A stretch of 64,000 nucleotides of DNA from Octopus vulgaris (GCA_951406725.2 OX597814.1:202554001-202618000); one strand, 5' to 3'; shown: positions 48,888 to 62,499, numbered from the stretch's first letter. Made by a program: numbers and translations. The notes: generated by a model from the sequence alone, not told the origin.

Positions 48888-49535
48888 ATCATCATCATCA
48901 TCATCAACTTTAACATCTGTTTTCCATGTTGGGATGGTTTGACTGAGATTGGCAAGCCAGGAAGCTGCACCAGGCTCCAATCTGATCTGGCAGAGTTTCT
49001 ACAGCTGGATGCCCTTCCTAACGCCAACCACTCCGAGAGTGTGGTGGGTGCTTTTTACGTGCCACCGGCATGGAAGCCAATCAGACAACACTATTTTGTT
49101 TTTACGTACTACCAGCGCAGGAGCCAGTCAGGGTAAGGAGGCTGACATCAACCATGTTCGGATGGTGCTTTTTATGTTCCACTGGCATGGGGAGCCAGTC
49201 AGACGGAACTGGCAATGACCCACACATGAATGGTGCTTATTGCATGCCACCAGCATGAGAGCCAGTCAGGTAGCACTGGTATGAGCTATAACTACAATTT
49301 CCATTTGATTGTGATTTGATTTTTGATTTTACTTGACTCAATAAGTCTCCTCAAGCATGGCGTGTTGCCCAATGATTCAAGGTACTTTTTAAATGAGCTG
49401 GTTATGCTACACTGGTATAGGCTACAGCTGTGATCTCACTTTACTTGCTGGGTCTTCTCTATCACAGCATATCTCCAGAGGTCTTGGTTTTTTGTTATTG
49501 CTTCTGCGAGGTCCAACGTTTGAAGGTCATGCCTC
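48888..49535 (-). mobile_element. Family C retroposon, long copy
   Basis: Homologous to 27433-27990. Confidence 0.85.
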
Positions 49536-50049
49536 AAATTCAATTATAGTTTTGGCACTAGCACCATTGACATAATTATGCTTTTGTGACCTGGATGCTT
49601 GTAGATAAATACGCATTTATTCAGGTGTCAACAAAGAGATTTTTGTATGGATTCATTTATACAACTCTGGCTGATGTAAACAAAAATATTTTCTCAAAGT
49701 AAAGGTGTTTAAATACGCTTTGATGAATCCTGCTGATGATATGAATATACGTGTGCTTTTGTATATGCATCCATGTTACAAAAACATGATTTTGCCTAGG
49801 TTTCAAAAATGAATATTATTTCTCATCTGTGTATGCATACTTTGGTTTATTGTCAGTTCATCTTGCTTGTAATGTGTGTGGATCATCATTTAACATCCAT
49901 TTTTCATGCTGGAATGTGTCAGATGGTTTGACAAGAGCTGGTAAGTCAGGGAGATGCACCAGGCTCCATTGTGTGTGTGTGTGCATGTGCATTTGCATGT
50001 GTGTGTCTGTATGTGTGTGTGTGTGTGTGTGCAATGATTCTCAGAAGAG

Positions 50050-50385
50050 GATAGACCTTTCATTGGCCATGACACTAAGGGCCATGGAAAGATCCATGTT
50101 AGAAATATCATCACAAGAACACATTTGAAATGAAGTAATTCATGAATGGAGTGGTGTGAATATTGTGATCGCAGAATACCAAAAGCACAAGTTCCACTGG
50201 GGTAGACATGTTGCAAGGTTCACAGACAATAGGTGGATCCATACAGTTGCTGAGTGGTGTCCAAGAGATCATAAAAGCCACTTGGAAGGCCTCCATGGTT
50301 GGAAGATGATTTATTTAAGCAATTTGGGTCAAGATGGAAAAGAATGGTGCAATCAAGACAGAATTAGAAGTGCATTGTGACCAGT
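50050..50385 (+). mobile_element. RTE-clade LINE 3' fragment
   Basis: LAMTLRAMERSMLEISSQEHI*NEVIHEWSGV / EYQKHKFHWGRHVARFTDNRWIHTVAEWCPRDHK: RTE C-terminal RAMERSML and WAGHVAR motifs. Confidence 0.88.
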
Positions 50386-50982
50386 GGGGTATAAAAGTGT
50401 CTACGGTCTGGTCAATACTGTGATATTTATTTTATGATATAAATATGAGATTTTGCTGAGCTTTTTGAATTTAATGATATTTGTTGTGGAATATTTTGTT
50501 GGACTTAGATGGTCTGTACTCTTCAATCAATGACACTGCTCTTCTCAGTAATTGCTTCGGACTCCTGTGGGATTCAGCATTTTATTTTAGTCCTGATGAG
50601 AAGGCATTCTTCTGTTGCTTGTTAATGAGAGGTGACAAAATTGTTAAATGTTGTGTTTGGCGAATTCATTTCTCTTTCTGCTTGCAATGCCTCAGGCCTT
50701 TGACCTATATGATGTATTGTTGACAAATTTCTTCATTGTTAAATTTAGATCAGTCATTTGGGGAAAAAATTTGATATCTTCTCTTTGTCGGCAGTAAGCT
50801 CAGCTGAATTTTGTTAGATGGTATATATGATCAGAACTAACTTTTTCAAAAGAATTGTATACTTTGCAGATTAGCATGCTGTCTCTTCCCCCTTATTTAT
50901 GGATATTTAGTTTAGTCAAATTGGTTTTGACTTTGATGCAATAGATTTGGGTCTATAGAATGGAAATCTTGTGTATTTTTAT

Positions 50983-51262
50983 ATCATCATCATCATCGTT
51001 TAACATCCGCTTTCCATGCTAGCATGGATTGGATGATTTTGACTGAGAGCTGGCGAACCAGATGGCTGCTCCAGGCTCCAATCTTGATTTGGCAGAGTTT
51101 CTACAGCTGGATGCCCTTCCTAACACCAACCACTCCAAGAGTGTAGTGGGTGCTTTTTACGTGCCACTGACATGGGGGCCAGTCAGGCAGTACTGGCAAC
51201 AACCTTGCTTTAATCTTTTTACAAATGCCACCAGCACAGGTGCCATCAGGGACGTGCCACCT
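50983..51262 (-). mobile_element. Family C retroposon
   Basis: (CAT)n tail and core. Confidence 0.85.
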
Positions 51263-51757
51263 TGGTAGGCAAGGTAGGCAGTGCCTACCTTGAATAAAAT
51301 AGATTGATAGCAACATTTTCCTTTTATGGCAAAATATTCACTTAATTCAATAACATAATGAAGGTTAGTCTAATTACTATGCATAAAAAGCAAAATATTT
51401 TGATTTTGTAGATAATTAGGCATAATTTCCTCCTGCTTTTCAATCTCAGTATTTATGTTACACATAGTACTGCCGTAGTACATGTGCTGTGTACACTCCT
51501 ACAACACCTTTTTCTTTACATGCTATAAAGGCAGAAGTAAATCTGCCTCCAACTCAGTTGTGCACCTATGTTTTGCTTATTTTTTGTGTGTTTTTCTACA
51601 TAAAGGTCACCAACTGCCTACCCTAAGTAATTACTGATGGCACGATACCTGATGTATATGTATATTTCATTATATTGAATGTTCACTTTCCCAGGATTGC
51701 CATAATTTGATGGAATTTGTTGAGGCAGGTTTTCTAAAGCCAGATGCTCTTCTGTAT

Positions 51758-51808
<51 letters not shown>

Positions 51809-52354
51809 TGTGTATATAGATGTATACGTCTATATGCAGAAATGGCTGTGTGGTAAGAAGTTTGCTTCCCAGCTGCATGTTCTTGGGTTCAGTCCCATTG
51901 TATGGCACCTTAGGCAAGTGTCTTCTACTAAAGTCTGGCTCCAGCCAAAGCCTTCATCATCATCATCATTTAACATCCATTTCCCATGCTGACATAGGTT
52001 GATCTGCCCAGGCATTGTGACTGTTTTGGCATGGTTGCTACAGCTGGATGCCTTTTCTAACACCAACCACTTTACAAAGTGTACTGGGTGCTCCTGCACA
52101 GCACTGGCATGGGTGTGTTTACATGGCACCAGTACAGGTCATTTTAATGTGACCCCAGCACCTACAAGCCTGTGAGTTTAGGAACACACAGCTGTAGAGA
52201 AATGCAGGGAATATGCCTGTACACAAGGACAACCATGATTTTACACAGCTTTACATGTTTTCTCAAGCACAGCAAACTGCCAAGAGTCTTGGTCCCCTGT
52301 CATCCCCTCTGTGGGGACCAAACCTGAGGATCCTTTCTCATCACTTCATCCCAT

Positions 52355-53030
52355 GCTGTGAATGGATTTGGTAGATGGAAACTGAAAGAAGCCTGTGTGG
52401 TGTACTTTTGTCTTCTTGTTTTGACATTGTGTGATAGTTGTAAATGTACGCAGGAGTAGCTGTGTGGTAAGTAGCTTGCTTACCAACCACATAGTTCCAG
52501 GTTTAGTCCCACTGCGTGGTACCTTGGGCAAGTGTCTTCTACTATAGCCTCTGGCCTACCATAGCCTTGTGAGTGGATTTGGTAGACAGAAACTGAAAGA
52601 AGCCCGTCGTATATATGCATATATATATATATGTGTATGTGTTTGTGTGTCTGTGTTTGTCCCCCCCGACATCACTTGACAACCGATGCTGGTGTGTTTG
52701 TGTCCCCGTAACTTAGCAGTTCGGCAAAAGAGACCGATAGAATAAGTACTAGGCTTACAAAGAATAAGTCCTGGGGTCGATTTGCTCGACTAAGGGTGGT
52801 GCTCCAGCATGGTCGCAGTCAAATGACTGAAACAAGTAAAAGAGAGTAAAGAGTCACTGTCATACAAGAAGTGTCATGCAATTCCAATATTCTGCAACAA
52901 TATGTCTGACCACGGGGAAACAGGTGAGGGTTGGTGAGAGGGAGGGCATCCAGCTGTAGGAAATCTACTTCAAATAGACTCCATCCAATCCAGGCAAGCA
53001 TGAAAAAGTGAATGTTAAATGATGATTTGA
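52355..53030 (+). mobile_element. Young full-length family A SINE (52448-52853) nested inside an A-head/C-tail chimeric SINE
   Basis: Outer element breaks after gatagttgtaaatg and resumes at about 52854 through ggaaacaggtgagggttgg...gcatccagctgtag...gttaaatgatgat. Confidence 0.8.
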
Positions 53031-54360
53031 TCTAGATATGACTGGCTTCCATAGTTTCTGCTTACCAAATTACAAGTCAATTATTGGCTCAGAGCTAAAG
53101 TAGAAGACACTTGCCCAAGGTGCTGTGCAGTGGGACTGAACACGAAATCACATGGTCGCAAAGCAAGCTTCTTAACCTCACAGCCATATTTATTCCGAAT
53201 ATTATTTTCTAGTTTCCAGTAAGAACCAGTTGTAGTCTTCAAATGGATCAGTAAGCAGTGTTTGTTGAGTTAGCATTAACACATCAATAGAAACTATAAA
53301 AATTGTGCTGAATCAATAAGTTTGTGTTATGGCTAGTAAAACAAAAGAAATATTCTATTATTTATTTTATACAATTTTTTTTTTTTGTTTGACAATAATA
53401 TCTTTTTTAAATTTTTTTTCTAAATTAATACTTCATTTCTCTTTATAAGTTACAATGAGGTTTAAATCAATAATATCCATTATCCGAAACCTGTTAAATG
53501 TCTGCTTGATTAGTATATATTACGTTCATTTTTGGAAACAACGTTACTCACAGTGATGGATATGATCTGTTAATCTGTATCAGATTTCTGAATGTACTTA
53601 AATAGGAATTCAATGTTTATAGATTACAGCACATGTCAAGATGACCTTTACACATCATCATCATTGGATGTCTGCTTTCCATGCTGGCATGGGTTGGATA
53701 GTTTGACAGGTACCGAGAAGCCAGAGGACTGTGCCAAGTTCTGCTGTCTGCTTTGGCATGGTTTCTATGGTTGAATGTCCTTCCTGACACCAACCACTTT
53801 ACAGACTGCACTGGGTGCTTTCTACTTAGCACCAGTGAAGTCACTGAGTAAGATGCAAGACAAGACCCCTCAACTGGAAGGGATGTAGTATTGAGAGAGA
53901 CAGCTTTGTGCCTGGTGATGAGAGGTTACAGTTTGATAGAGGAACAGAAACAGGTGTCTTGCTGGGGAGGAGAAACATCTTCACTGTTTTATAAGTTTGC
54001 ACATCTGTAAATTTACTAGTAGTATTATATTGTTATAGTAAACTTGATCCCCATTTAAACCTATTCTTAATTATAGTTTTTAATGCATTCTGATGCATGA
54101 ATAAATGAATGAATGGCAACATAATGCTACAACTACTTGCAGGTGTAAGATCTGGATACCAGAATTGATAAAGAATAGTAAATTACTACTTCAGAAATGA
54201 ATATAATATTCATGACATTCAGAAATGTTTTTTTCATTCTTGGTATTGTTGAAGCAGGGGATAAACTACTCCAGCACTACACCCTTGAAAATTGCTATGC
54301 TTCCTGAAATTCACCAACATTACTCCTCATGTGCCTATGTACCATTTATGGCTCTTTTAA

Positions 54361-54760
54361 TACTCTTTACTCTTTTACTTGTTTCAGTCATTTGACTGTG
54401 GCCATGCTGAAGCACAGCCTTTAGTCGAGCAAATCAACCCCAGGACTTATTCTTTGTAAGCCTAGTACTTATTCTATCAGTCTCTTTTGCCAAACCGCTA
54501 AGTTACAGGGATGTAAACACACCAGCATTGGTTGTCAAGCGATGTTGGGGGGACAGACACACAAACACACACACACATATATGTATGCATATATACGATA
54601 GGCTTCTTTCAGTTTCTGTCTACCAAATCCACTCACAAGGATTTGTTCAGCCCCAGGTTATAGTAGAAGACACTTGACCAAGGTGCCACGCAGTGGGACT
54701 GAACCTGGAACCACGTGGTTCGTAAGCAAGCTCGTTACCACACAGCCACTCCTATGCCTA
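54361..54760 (-). mobile_element. SINE family A, full length
   Basis: Reverse complement of the consensus. Confidence 0.9.
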
Positions 54761-55812
54761 ATATTCACTTTTCTATCTATTTTGTGTTATTTTTCGCAAT
54801 TATTTTACAGTATATTTTAGAACACAGAGACATCCCAGGAGCTCTATAAGTAAGCCTCCTTATTTGAAGGTAAAACAAGTAAATTATGAAATTTTGCTCA
54901 GTTTCTAGATTCTGGGAATTTGACAGTTGTTGGAGTGGAGTGATTCTTTCTAGCACTGTTTGTGATTTTGTTTGGCCCTGGTGTGGTTCTTTCTTTCAAG
55001 AAACTTGGCCATCTCTGATTCAGTCTACATTTTGAACACCCAGTTATTGCTGTTAATATCTATATCCTGAGATATGCTAAATTTTTTCATGCTAATGTGT
55101 AAAGAATGTGTTGAAATGACAAAAAAAATTCAGAATTAAATGCAACATTTTCCCAAATTAGTCCCAATATAAGAGAATATATTAAAAAAAATTGAAAAAA
55201 AGAAAGCTAATTTTTTTTTGTTGCAAATCAAGTCATTCATTCAAATTTAAAAAGAAAATTACAAAAAAATGTTTATTCATAACTAACATTTTCATAATGC
55301 TTCTGACGTAATTATCGTGTAGTTTTCTTAAAATCCCTCTAATGAAACTGTCATGAAAGCTTTTCAATGATGTGGTGCAAACCTCTAATTTGTAACCTTC
55401 TTCAACTGTCAATTCAGCATACTGTTAACTAAACCAACAGAAATCTTTTATTTTTGCAATCTTTGAGAAACTTTTTTGAGAAATTTAACTGGAGAATTAT
55501 CCTGTTGGCATACTGCTAATTTAGAATTAATATGCTATTTATATAAGGAAAGAATGTCGAGGCAACATGGAAGTAGATAAAGAAACAAAATGCTTCTTCA
55601 AATTTCATAATGATAAAAAGAATAATAGTAATAATAATAATGATGACAATAATGATAATAACAAAAATGATGATAATAATAATAATAAAATCATCATCAT
55701 ATGACATGGAAATTGAATTGAAACAAGAACCTCTGATTCTTATAGCAATTATTTGAATTTTCTGAATGGTACAAATGTTGTACATTTTTGTGTGTCAGGG
55801 ATTTATATAACA

Positions 55813-56183
55813 CTAGCAGTATCGCCCGGCGTTGCTCGGGTTTGTAAGGGAAATAACTATAAAGCATTTTTAGAGAGTTATAGCCAAAAAATGGAAAAAA
55901 ATGATGGTAAATTTTTTTTTTAGTTAAAAAGGTCGAGTTGCGTCCCCTAGACAGTCTGTGGTTTGTGTTTCTGATTCTCGACCCCATGTCGAATTTATCG
56001 ATTTTTTTCAGAACTGGGGGAACTTTTCAAAATTTTCGCTGCGTTAGTTTTGAATTATGACATTGGGCTATGTGTGTGTCAAGTTTCATCAGAATCGGTT
56101 GAAAGCCGTGGTCAGGGTGAGGGTACAAGCAAACAGACACACAGAAACACGCACAGACAAACTGCCGTTTATATATAGAGAGA
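55813..56183 (-). mobile_element. Non-autonomous Helitron, young
   Basis: Minus strand A|TCTCTCTATATATAAA start; cccgagcaacgccgggcgatactgCTAG|T end, shared with the 24093 family but with a different interior. Confidence 0.88.
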
Positions 56184-56339
56184 TTTCATGATAGCTCAGT
56201 AGACGCTTCTGCTAGATATAAGCATAGAAATTATATCACCTGCTTCTCCTCTCTCTGTGTTTCTCTCTCACTTTCTTTCTTTCTCTCTTTCTTTCTCTCT
56301 CTATGTATATATGTATGTGTATGTTGGATCTCATAGAAG

Positions 56340-56832
56340 TGATGAGTAGTGACAAAGACCTTTGGGGATATGCTGTGCTTAAGAAGACTCGTGAAGCCAA
56401 GTAAAACCATAGTCGTGGCCATTACAGGTGTCATGTAAATGGCTCTCGTGAAATTGTAATCATGGTCAGTAGCATCATCTTTGAATGCTGGGCCTCACAG
56501 AGGCAGTGACAAGTGACCAAACAATATGCTGTGCTTGAGAAGACTCATCAAGCCAAATGAAACTGTAGTCATGGCCGTTGCCAGAGACACATGTAAATGG
56601 CGCCCTTGAAATCGTAGCCATGGCCATTACCGGTGTCATGTAAATGGCACCTGTGCTAATGATACATAAAAAGCACTTATTACGCTATCAGAGTGGTTGG
56701 CTTTAGGAAGGACGCCCAACCATAGAAACCATACCAAATCAGACTGGAACCTGGTGCAGCTCCCCAGCTTAGCAGTTTTGAATCAAACCATCCAACCCAT
56801 GCCAGCATGGAAAATGGACGTTAAATGATGGT
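56340..56832 (+). mobile_element. Family C retroposon with tandem upstream repeats
   Basis: Repeated gaaat-gtag-catggcc-tt-c and tgctgtgctt-agaagactc units, then the family C core and tail. Confidence 0.75.
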
Positions 56833-56855
56833 GTATGTATGTATATATATATATC

Positions 56856-56887
<32 letters not shown>

Positions 56888-57037
56888 CCGGAGTAAACGC
56901 ATAAATGTGAAACAAGGTGGAAAAAAGAGTACTCAAATACCAGGGGTAGAGTAATATGCTTTATTTCAAAGCAGCAGAAATTCAACAAAACCTGTTACTC
57001 TGAGTTTCACGTTCCCGTTCGGTAGACAGTTTTTGTT

Positions 57038-57040
<3 letters not shown>
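56888..57040 (-). mobile_element. Short hammerhead-bearing repeat embedded in (TA)n
   Basis: About 150-bp island flanked on both sides by (TA)n; carries the hammerhead fold at its minus-strand 5' end. Confidence 0.7.
56981..57040 (-). ncRNA. Type I hammerhead fold with mutated core
   Basis: Minus strand UUUAACAAAAACUGU-CUACCGA-ACG GGAA CGU-GAAA-CUC A GAG-UA-ACAGGUUUUGUUGAA: about 15-bp stem I, GNRA-capped stem II, stem III, GUA triplet; CUACCGA differs from CUGANGA at two positions. Confidence 0.7.
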
Positions 57041-57079
<39 letters not shown>

Positions 57080-57096
57080 TATATATATATATATGC

Positions 57097-57703
57097 CATC
57101 ATCATCATCATTAACATTTAACGTCCATTTTCCATGCTGACATGGGTTGGATGGCTTGACAGGAACTCACAAGGCCATGGTTGGCGCTAGGTTCCATAGT
57201 TTGTTTTATTTTGGTTTCCACAGAGTGTATTGGGTGCTTTTTACATGGCACCAGCGTGGATGCCAGTTACAAAACACCAGCATCAGCCATGACTACAATC
57301 TCACTTGGTTTGACAGGGTCTTCTCAGTCACTTGTCACTGTCTCTGTGTAGCCCAAAGTTTGAAGAATGCTTTTTGCGTGACTCTGGCATCATCCATGAC
57401 TACAATTTCACTTGGCTTCACTGGTCTTCTCATGCACAACATATACACATCATCATCACCCATGCTGGCATGGGTTGGATGGTTTGACTGAGGACTGGCA
57501 AGCCAGATGGCTGCACCAGGCTGCAATCTGATCTGGCAGAGTTTCTACAGCTGGATGCCCTTCCTAATGCCAACCACTCCGAGAGTGTAGTGGGTGCTTT
57601 TACATGCCACTGGCACGAGGGCCAGTCAGGTGGCACTGGCAACGGCCATGCTCAAATGGTGTTTTTTTATGTGCCACCTGCACAGGAGCCAGTCCAGTGG
57701 CAA
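57097..57703 (-). mobile_element. Two adjacent family C retroposons
   Basis: (CAT)n tails at about 57097 and 57448, each followed by family C sequence. Confidence 0.8.
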
Positions 57704-58783
57704 AGGAATATATGAGAAACTCTATTATTCACAACAATCATTTTTGACCCATCCTGCATCGATCCCTCGTGGGTGGGATACTGTACAACCAGTAGAGGTG
57801 CATCCCTCAGTGCAGAAGTATCTTCTCATGTGATGTTATAAGGGGTATCTCGTTAAATAAACTCTGTTTCACTTGGTTTTAATGCAGCATACTGTTAGTG
57901 ACTGTAGGTTTGAGCCATTGGGCAGGAATATATATATATATATACATACTTACATACACTAGGTTCAACCAAAAGTTTATTTCAAGCTTTTATTATGCAA
58001 GTATGTACACACATGTATAATGTTGGGGGCACCACCTTGAAATAGTTTGGTTGATTTAATTAAAGTTACCAAAGTACTTTGGGTTGATATTTCTTCAGTT
58101 TCATTAGATATGAAAATTTCTACCCAATTTTTCTCAAAGGCTATTGATGAATCAAAAGTTATGATTTTATAAAAAATGCTTATGTTAAGTACCACACAGT
58201 GGTATTGAACCTGTAAATACACTGTTATGAAACAAACATATTAGCTGCACAGCCATGCCGTTTTATAATCGATATTCAATAATTCAGACTTGCAAAATTA
58301 AATTTATTGAAAAAGTAGATTTTGTAGAGACTACAAAATTTTATTTTGTGTTGACCTAAATGTAACTTAGAATTGAAAGAATTTTCCTTTGAAATAAACC
58401 ATTTCTCAGAACTGGTCAATCGGTGTGTGTGTGTGCACATACATACACATATATACATATGTTGTACAGATGTGATTACTTTCAAGATAGTGGGAAGGAG
58501 AGAGAGGGAGAGATGGAGAGACTATCTTTTAACCTTTAACACACTACATTTTCTCTAGAATTGTTTCCCCTGCTGGATGAAACCATTCCTTCATGAGGTT
58601 AACAACCTTTAATCCGATTCTGGGTTGTCCATTTATTTAATGTTCTTCCTAGAGGTAAGACGAAATTTGTTATGTTCGCTACCCTCACATATCTTTACCA
58701 GTATATACACAGTGAAGCTTTACTATAACATCTTAAATTTATCAGTTGCTATTTCCAGTAAACATAGGTGCCTTGTTGTACCA

Positions 58784-58832
<49 letters not shown>

Positions 58833-58849
58833 ATATATATATATATATA

Positions 58850-59013
58850 TACCCACTGCACTCTCGGAGTGGTTGGCATTAGGAAGGGCATCCAGCTGTA
58901 GAACCACTGCCAGATCAGACTGGAGCCTGGTGCAGCCTCCTGGCTTCCCAGACCCCAGTTGAACCGTCCAACCCATGCTAGCGTGGAAAACGGACGTTAA
59001 ACGACAATGATGA

Positions 59014-59017
<4 letters not shown>
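58850..59017 (+). mobile_element. Family C retroposon between (TA)n tracts
   Basis: Core and (GAT)n tail. Confidence 0.88.
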
Positions 59018-59058
<41 letters not shown>

Positions 59059-60183
59059 GCTTCAGCACAGTTTCCATGTGCCACATATCATTCGGAAATA
59101 ATCAGTCCACATAGTGGAATCAAACTCAGAACTTGTTGGTTACTCCTGCTCCTATAATTTCTAAATTACACACAGTGCTTTTGCTGTTTACATTGCTCAG
59201 TGGTATCAGCCATTATAGCAATTTGCTGTTAAGTAAGCTGTCGTATGAGAGTTAAGCATCTCAAAAGTTTGAGTGTTAAGGGTCTTGACACTAGACATGT
59301 GCAGTAAAATTGCTGAGATGTATCCTTTTGGTAGTTAATTTGGCTTCCTTTCAATTCACTTAGCAGCCAGCAGCAGTCTTTTCCCATTGTTCGCAGTGAG
59401 GTTTATTTAAACTATACCAGCTTCAATGCAACGAATATTAAGTTATGTAAAGCCCGATGGACTTCTAAAAAGAAAATCTTTTGTCTACCTCTTATATTTT
59501 TTGTAAATTAATGATGCGTCTTTGTTTCACACAATAGCAGATATTCACAGAGTCTGTATTTCTCAAATGATTCTGGCCTAAAGAAAATTAGCAGACTGTT
59601 AAATTTTACTGAATGTTCCAAAATTGAATTATCTATTTTATAGTTCTTTCCATTTTCTATGTGTGTGTTTGTGTGTGTGTGATATTATTTAGAGCGCAAG
59701 CTGAATACACATGTACAAAAAGTTAGTTGCAAATCAATCGTTACACTAAACCCAAATAATGTGTTGTGCTTGCAACCACTGATAAGTTCCGACTCCAACT
59801 GCCCCCTGCCCTACCCCCCCCTGCTACTATCACCACCACCACCGCCACCACCACCATACTTCTGCCACATCTTTGATCGTATGTTAACAAACTGGATATC
59901 AAATCTGACACACGTTTCATTCTACACAATCAATTACTGTTATGGTTGCAATGAACACAGGACGAGGTTAGAACGAAGCACAGTTTCTGCAAGGTATCAA
60001 ACATATGTGTCTCTTTGAAAACGTTTGATTAGCCACACCTGTATTGCAGGTGTACTGAAGCAGCAACAGCAGTATTTTCATTAGATGAATGCGTAAAATG
60101 AAAGAGCCACTGTATGGTTATTTACACTGCTAGAAATAGTAAACAGATTTCCCTCAAACCACAATGTACGTTTTTTTTTTAAA

Positions 60184-61135
60184 TCATCATCATCATCATC
60201 ATCGTTTAGCGTCCGTTTTCCATGCTAGCATGGGTTGGACGGTTCTACTGGGGTCTGTGAAGCCAGAAGGCTTCATCAGGCCCAGTCAAATCTGGCAGTG
60301 TTTCTACGGCTGGATGCCCTTCCTAACGCCAACCACTCCGTGAGTGTAGTGGGTGCTTTTTACGTGCCACCCGCACAGGTGCCAGACAGAACTGGCAAAC
60401 GGCCACAAACGGATGGTGCTTTTTATGTGCCACCGGCACAAGGGCCAGGCGAGGCTGGCAACGGACACGAAACGGGGCGGTGCTGGCAACGGTCACGAAA
60501 CGGAAGGTTCTCTTACATGCCACCGGCACTGGTAACACATCTGCAATTTCCATTGATCGATTTCCATTCTGATCATCTAATATCGTAATTTTAAGTGTTA
60601 GTCACAACTGGAATGGATTTTGTATGAGTGGGGATGAACAGTTGGTAATCGTCATCATCATTTAACATCCATTGTCCATGCTGGCATGGGTTGGACAGTT
60701 TGACTGGGCTGGCAAGCTGGAAGGCTGCACAGAATCCAGTCTGATTTGGCATGGTTTCTATGGCTGGATGCCCTTCCTAACACAAACCACTCTGAGAGTG
60801 TAATCGGTGCTTTTATGTGCCACTGGCATACGTGCCATTTGTGTGACACTAGGGTGCATTTATGTGCCACCAGCATGGGTATCAATTTACATGACATCAG
60901 TATCTGCCACAACTGCGATTTTACTTGGCTTGATGGGTCTTTTCAAGCATGACATAATGTCAAAGGTCTCGGTCATTGCCTCCATGAGGCCCAACACTCA
61001 TTTTGCCTCCATGAGGTCCAACACCTGAAAAGAACTCAACCGCTCTGCCTCCATGAGGCCCAACTCTTGAAAGGAACTCAGCCACTTTGCCTCTGTGAGG
61101 CCCAGCACTCAAAAGAAAAAGGGCCCAACGCTCAA
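60184..61135 (-). mobile_element. Two family C retroposons; the second has a tandem array of about 40-bp units (60975-61135)
   Basis: (CAT)n tails at about 60184 and 60652; gcctccatgaggcccaac unit repeated four to five times. Confidence 0.85.
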
Positions 61136-61159
61136 GAGAAACAATAAAATGAAATATTA

Positions 61160-61587
61160 GATTCAGATTTTGGCACAAGGCCAGCATTTTCAAGAGAGAG
61201 GCTAAGTCGATTACTTCATCCCCAGTACTCAACTGGTATTAATTTTATCGACCCCTAAGGGATGGAAGGTATAAAGACAGACAAAATGTCACCAATCATT
61301 TTTGCCTGTTGTGCTAACAATTCTGCCAGCTCACCCCTTTAAAACAATGAAATATTCCTTTCTACTATAGACACAAGGCCTGAAATTCTAGTGGAGGTGG
61401 GTGGGGGTGGAATGGATAGTTAGTTGCATTAACCCCAGTGTGAAACTGGTGCTTATTTTATTGACCCTGAAAGGGTGAGGGACAAAGTCAGCCTTGGCAG
61501 AATTTGAACTCAGAATGTAAAGATGGATGAAAATGCCACTAACCATTTTTCACAGCATGCTAATGATTCTGCCAGCCCACTACCTTA
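61160..61587 (-). mobile_element. Two tandem SINE family B copies
   Basis: Bodies at about 61160-61340 and 61354-61587; acaat-aaat linkers repeated. Confidence 0.8.
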
Positions 61588-62499
61588 ACGACAATAAAAT
61601 TTTAATCTCAATTCATTCCTGCTCATGCAGAATTCTGATCAAATTCATTCTAACTGTGACTAACCACCCTGCTTATATTTGTTTTAGACATGTTTAGGAT
61701 TATAATATCAAAGGCATACTCTCTCTCTCTCTCTCTCTCTCTGTCTTTATTTTAATTTTTTGTTTTTTTGTTAAAAGGTATGTTGTGATTTGAGGCAAAT
61801 TTATTGGCTATTTCTGACTGGCTGATCAGCCATATAGAGGCTACCCTATTGCGTTGGGAAACGTATTTGGTTATTTCATCATCATCATTATTTAACATCA
61901 ATTTTTCCATGTTTGCATGGGTCACATGGAACTTATTGAGGCAGAGTTTCTATGTCTGGATTCCCTTCCTGTTGCTAATCCTTACCTGTTTGCAAACAAG
62001 GTGATATTTTCTCATGATCAGACATGTTATTCATGGGAGATTGTGAATGAACAACATCACTTCTATGAATGAGATGCTCATTTACAACCATCACAATATC
62101 AAGACAAGAGTATACACACACACACACACACACACACACTTGTATGGATGTATGATGGGCTTCTTTCATTCTCCATCTACCAGATCCACTCACAGGTTTT
62201 GTTCAGCCCAGGGCTATAGCAAAAGGCACTTGCCCTAGTTTCCATGCAATAGAACTGAACCCAAGTTTCTTAATCAGCAAAGCCCCAGTGAGTTGTAGAT
62301 TCTTACCCTCTGCCTACCTCAAACTATGTCCATTTTTTATTTTTTGAAAGAAATCCAAGTTTGCCAGACCATTATAATAAAAAAATCAATAAAGACTTAG
62401 TTTTGTTTATTCCCAGGTCACCTCATTTTAGCACATCTTGATCATCAATGGCATTCCACAAGAGTCCATTTCCCCTTTTCAGACATAGTTTATTTCAGA

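Noticed and set aside
49552-49565. TTTGGCACTAGCAC, matching the 5' 14 nt of vertebrate miR-96 as I recall it
   Set aside because: No convincing complementary arm nearby, and similar ggcact-gca words are common in adjacent family C repeats.
50590-50620. CTGATGA followed by a gaag/cttc stem
   Set aside because: No GAAA box or cleavage triplet follows.
60975-61135. Regularly spaced repeats superficially like a CRISPR array
   Set aside because: Spacers resemble each other, the context is a eukaryotic retroposon, and no cas genes are present.
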